From NCBI GenBank assembly GCA_048569615.1, contig JBLIRK010000002.1, positions 8,390-72,389 of the forward strand: a stretch of DNA of 64,000 bases, written 5' to 3'. A program made the position numbers and the translations under genes. Positions 61,391 to 64,000 of the stretch are shown here, piece after piece. Each line of letters opens with the position of its first letter. Within the stretch, counting starts at the first letter, position 1. Origin of the DNA: Thermoplasmatota archaeon. Its GTDB lineage: Archaea; Thermoplasmatota; Penumbrarchaeia; Penumbrarchaeales; Penumbrarchaeaceae. The notes below the pieces were generated by a model, which had not been told where the DNA came from, searched no databases, and saw nothing but the letters and a program-made list of their open reading frames with translations.

Positions 61391-61421
61391 AAAAAAAGCC
61401 CCGGGAGCTTTGTCCCGGGGC
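61391..61421 (-). terminator. Hairpin plus U-tract terminator
   Basis: GCCCCGGGA (61398-61406)/TCCCGGGGC (61413-61421) followed by T7 on the minus strand, 17 bp after the stop at 61439. Confidence 0.7.
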
Positions 61422-61438
61422 AAGTTGTTTTTCCTGCC

Positions 61439-64000
61439 TCAGATGTTGATGAGCTCGCCGCAGAGGGGGCACTCGGCCTGGGATGCTCCATCGGGTATCA
61501 TCACTTCCGAACCGCAGAGCGGGCAGCTCTGGACGTTCCCTCCGACCGGTGGCGCCCCCGGCTCTCCAAGTCCCTCCTCTTCGGATGGCGGCTGGGGTCC
61601 CGAAAGGTCCTCGGGGGAGGGCGGTGCTGCGGGCTCCGGGACCTCCATATCCTCAAGCTCGGGCTTGGATTCCTCCTCTTCGGGAGCTTCCTCTCCTTCC
61701 TCGGATGGTGGGAGAAGGTCCTCGCTCGGAGGCTCCTGGAGAACGAAACCCGATGCTTCGTTTATTACGGCGGGGAGGGCCCATTGGATCGCCTCTATTG
61801 CCGGCAGGTCGTTGGTAGGCACGCCGGTCAGGACCTCGAACCTCTTCAGGTTCCTCCTCGTCCTTCTCAGCTCGTGCCTTGCGGTCATCCTCTCCTTGTC
61901 GGCCCTCTGCTTCATGTAAAAGACCACTCCAAAGACGATCAGGGCGATCACTATGATCACCACCAATGCCAGCAGGAGCCATCCGGGCAGGTTGTCCTCG
62001 AACTTCTTCTCTTTGACATTCTTGTTCCTCGGGAGCGGGTCCAATCTGTCGTTTATTCCATCCCCGTCCGTATCGGGATTCTTGGGATCCGTCTCGTTTC
62101 CGTCAATGAGACCGTTCATATTGATATCCTCCTGGATGTCAAGAAGTCCATCGTTATCGTCGTCGTCATCGATAATATCGGGTATCCCGTCCCTGTCCGT
62201 GTCAAGGGCGTTGATATCGGGAACTACGGTAACCGATACGGAAATGGAAACATTGGCGATGCCGTCGTCCACATGAAGGGTGATCACGTGGTTGTTCTGG
62301 GACAGCTTCTTGGTCAGAACGGGCTGCGTTCCCAGGTAGCCGTCCTTGTCCGAGTACCAGAGGAACTTGAGGTCATCCCCATCCGCATCCAGGGACTTGG
62401 ACCCGTCAAGCACTATGGGCTGGCTCTCGAGATACTTGGTCAGCTCCACCGGGCTTGTGATGATCGGGACGGGGTCGTGGTTGACCTTCTCGGGTGTGAC
62501 CTCTATCGGCAGGTCCTCGGAATAGGTATATCCGTTACCGGCGAGGTCCAGTGCCCTCCATCTGATATAGTTGATGGTATCCCTCTCGAAGAAGAGCGGA
62601 GGGGTGCTCACCTCTATCTCCGAATAGGAGCCGGAAATATCAAGGCTCTCCCAGGGACCGTAGTTGGAAACCCCGTTGTAGGAAATGGAATACTGTACGG
62701 TCCTGCCATCGATCCCTGATCCCTTTCCGTCGGTGAGGGTTATTCCGCAGCTCACGTAGCTGCTGTCCACGGGCTCGGAAGGCGTCGCCTGCTTGTAGGT
62801 CAGCGGAACCGTATCGACCTTTACCTGGAATGGGTCAGATTCGATATAGCCGTTCCCGGCAACGTCCATAGCTCTCCATTTCACGAAGTTGTCCTCACCC
62901 TCACGGAAGTTCAGGAATATCTTTACCCTGATCTGCTCTCCGTTCCTCCTTATGTTCGTGGGCTCCCAGGAAGAGAACGACAAACCGCCGTCGTATGATA
63001 CGGAATATTCAACCGAGCTACCTCGGACACCTGAACCGTCCATATCCCTGATCAGGATCTCGTAATTCACGGTGTTGTCGTTCACCCACGCACCCGGACC
63101 GGGATTGGGGGTTCCGAAGGTGGGCATTTCAACATCGTAATAAACGGATGCAGAGGTGGCCTCTCCGTAATTGTGGGCGGAGTCAACGGACCAGATGTAT
63201 ATCGTGTTCCAGCCTTCCTCCAACCCATCGAACTCTATGTTCGTGTTGGGTGTGAACCACCCGTCATCCGTACCGCCCGCGTCGTAGGTATTGTACATGT
63301 AACCGATAACCTCGGATGATTCATCACTTGCGGGGGACCACCCGATGTAAACATGGGGATCATTGTCGTATCCCATAAGGGTGTCTATATCCGAATCCGC
63401 CCTGATCTCGATGTCCTCGGGAGGCTTGGGCGGATCCGTGTCGACAAGGTAGAAGAAGCTAACGATACCCGAAACATCATCAGCTTCCCCGACGAGATCT
63501 ATGATCGTCAGGTTGAACTCTTCCCTCCCGGGCAGCTCCTGCGTCCTGAAGGTGAAGAGGATGTCCATCCCGGATGATGACGAGTTCAGGAAGACATTCC
63601 CGTAATTGTCCATCATCCTGACGGAGAAATATTCGTTCGGAGGTGAAGCATCCGTTCCCTCGTAGACAACCCTCATTCCGGTTACCTCCATTCTCTCTCC
63701 GGGCAGGACATAGGAACCCTTGCTGAGCATTCCGTTGACGCTTCCTATAACCTGGAGATTCCCTGACAGCTGGACATCGGTTTCCACCCGGAATATCGAG
63801 GGATAGGAAAGTGTGATCGCCAGGTCCCTTCCACCAAGGACCTGTACTATCATGTCCATGGGCTCTCCTGTGGGGAGATTGGGGTTAAAGCTCATATTGA
63901 AGTAGATGTCCATTCCGTCCCCGGACAAGGCGAATATCGAAGAGTCTATCGAGACAAAATCCTGGGGATCGAACTTCTCCGTCATTCTCATCAGCCCCCT
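61439..64000 (-). CDS. Large surface protein (5' end beyond window): FN3-like, PKD, TSP3-like Ca-binding repeats, TM, Pro/Glu-rich tail, zinc ribbon
   Basis: Frame open to position 64000; LDGSKSLDADGD PKD; DTDRDGIPD/DDDNDGLLD/DTDGDGIND; TM; CPLC...CPLC end. Confidence 0.85.
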   Translation of the reverse strand, partial: RGLMRMTEKFDPQDFVSIDSSIFALSGDGMDIYFNMSFNPNLPTGEPMDMIVQVLGGRDLAITLSYPSIFRVETDVQLSGNLQVIGSVNGMLSKGSYVLPGERMEVTGMRVVYEGTDASPPNEYFSVRMMDNYGNVFLNSSSSGMDILFTFRTQELPGREEFNLTIIDLVGEADDVSGIVSFFYLVDTDPPKPPEDIEIRADSDIDTLMGYDNDPHVYIGWSPASDESSEVIGYMYNTYDAGGTDDGWFTPNTNIEFDGLEEGWNTIYIWSVDSAHNYGEATSASVYYDVEMPTFGTPNPGPGAWVNDNTVNYEILIRDMDGSGVRGSSVEYSVSYDGGLSFSSWEPTNIRRNGEQIRVKIFLNFREGEDNFVKWRAMDVAGNGYIESDPFQVKVDTVPLTYKQATPSEPVDSSYVSCGITLTDGKGSGIDGRTVQYSISYNGVSNYGPWESLDISGSYSEIEVSTPPLFFERDTINYIRWRALDLAGNGYTYSEDLPIEVTPEKVNHDPVPIITSPVELTKYLESQPIVLDGSKSLDADGDDLKFLWYSDKDGYLGTQPVLTKKLSQNNHVITLHVDDGIANVSISVSVTVVPDINALDTDRDGIPDIIDDDDDNDGLLDIQEDINMNGLIDGNETDPKNPDTDGDGINDRLDPLPRNKNVKEKKFEDNLPGWLLLALVVIIVIALIVFGVVFYMKQRADKERMTARHELRRTRRNLKRFEVLTGVPTNDLPAIEAIQWALPAVINEASGFVLQEPPSEDLLPPSEEGEEAPEEEESKPELEDMEVPEPAAPPSPEDLSGPQPPSEEEGLGEPGAPPVGGNVQSCPLCGSEVMIPDGASQAECPLCGELINI

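Overview
Archaeal chromosomal window, most likely an uncultured Thermoplasmatota (inferred from PolD, A-type ATPase, pantoate kinase, a DUF835 regulator and many giant single-pass surface proteins). It carries a pdhABC cluster without E3, tRNA-Leu(CAG), pantoate kinase plus coaBC, an OPT transporter next to a stand-alone PqqD/RRE-like gene, about eight large secreted or membrane-anchored repeat proteins, a split A1Ao-ATPase operon (atpHIKECFA on minus, atpB about 5 kb away on plus, atpD not in the window), a CcrM-like orphan methyltransferase, a repair/oxidative-stress cluster and PolD DP2. Strongest signals: (1) the Na+-type rotor subunit K carries a signal peptide and an acidic TSP3-like putative Ca2+-binding domain fused to its N-terminus; (2) two intergenic elements (about 8570-8675 on plus, 56260-56353 on minus) share a TATA box, a GGCA(A)GGGA...UCCCU(U)GCC closing stem, a C/U-rich loop and a pyrimidine tail, suggesting a small-RNA family; (3) a repeat/TPR/DnaJ-type zinc-finger protein and a structured intergenic region sit inside the ATPase split. 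No integrase, transposase or CRISPR array was seen. All family calls are from motif recognition by eye, not database searches.
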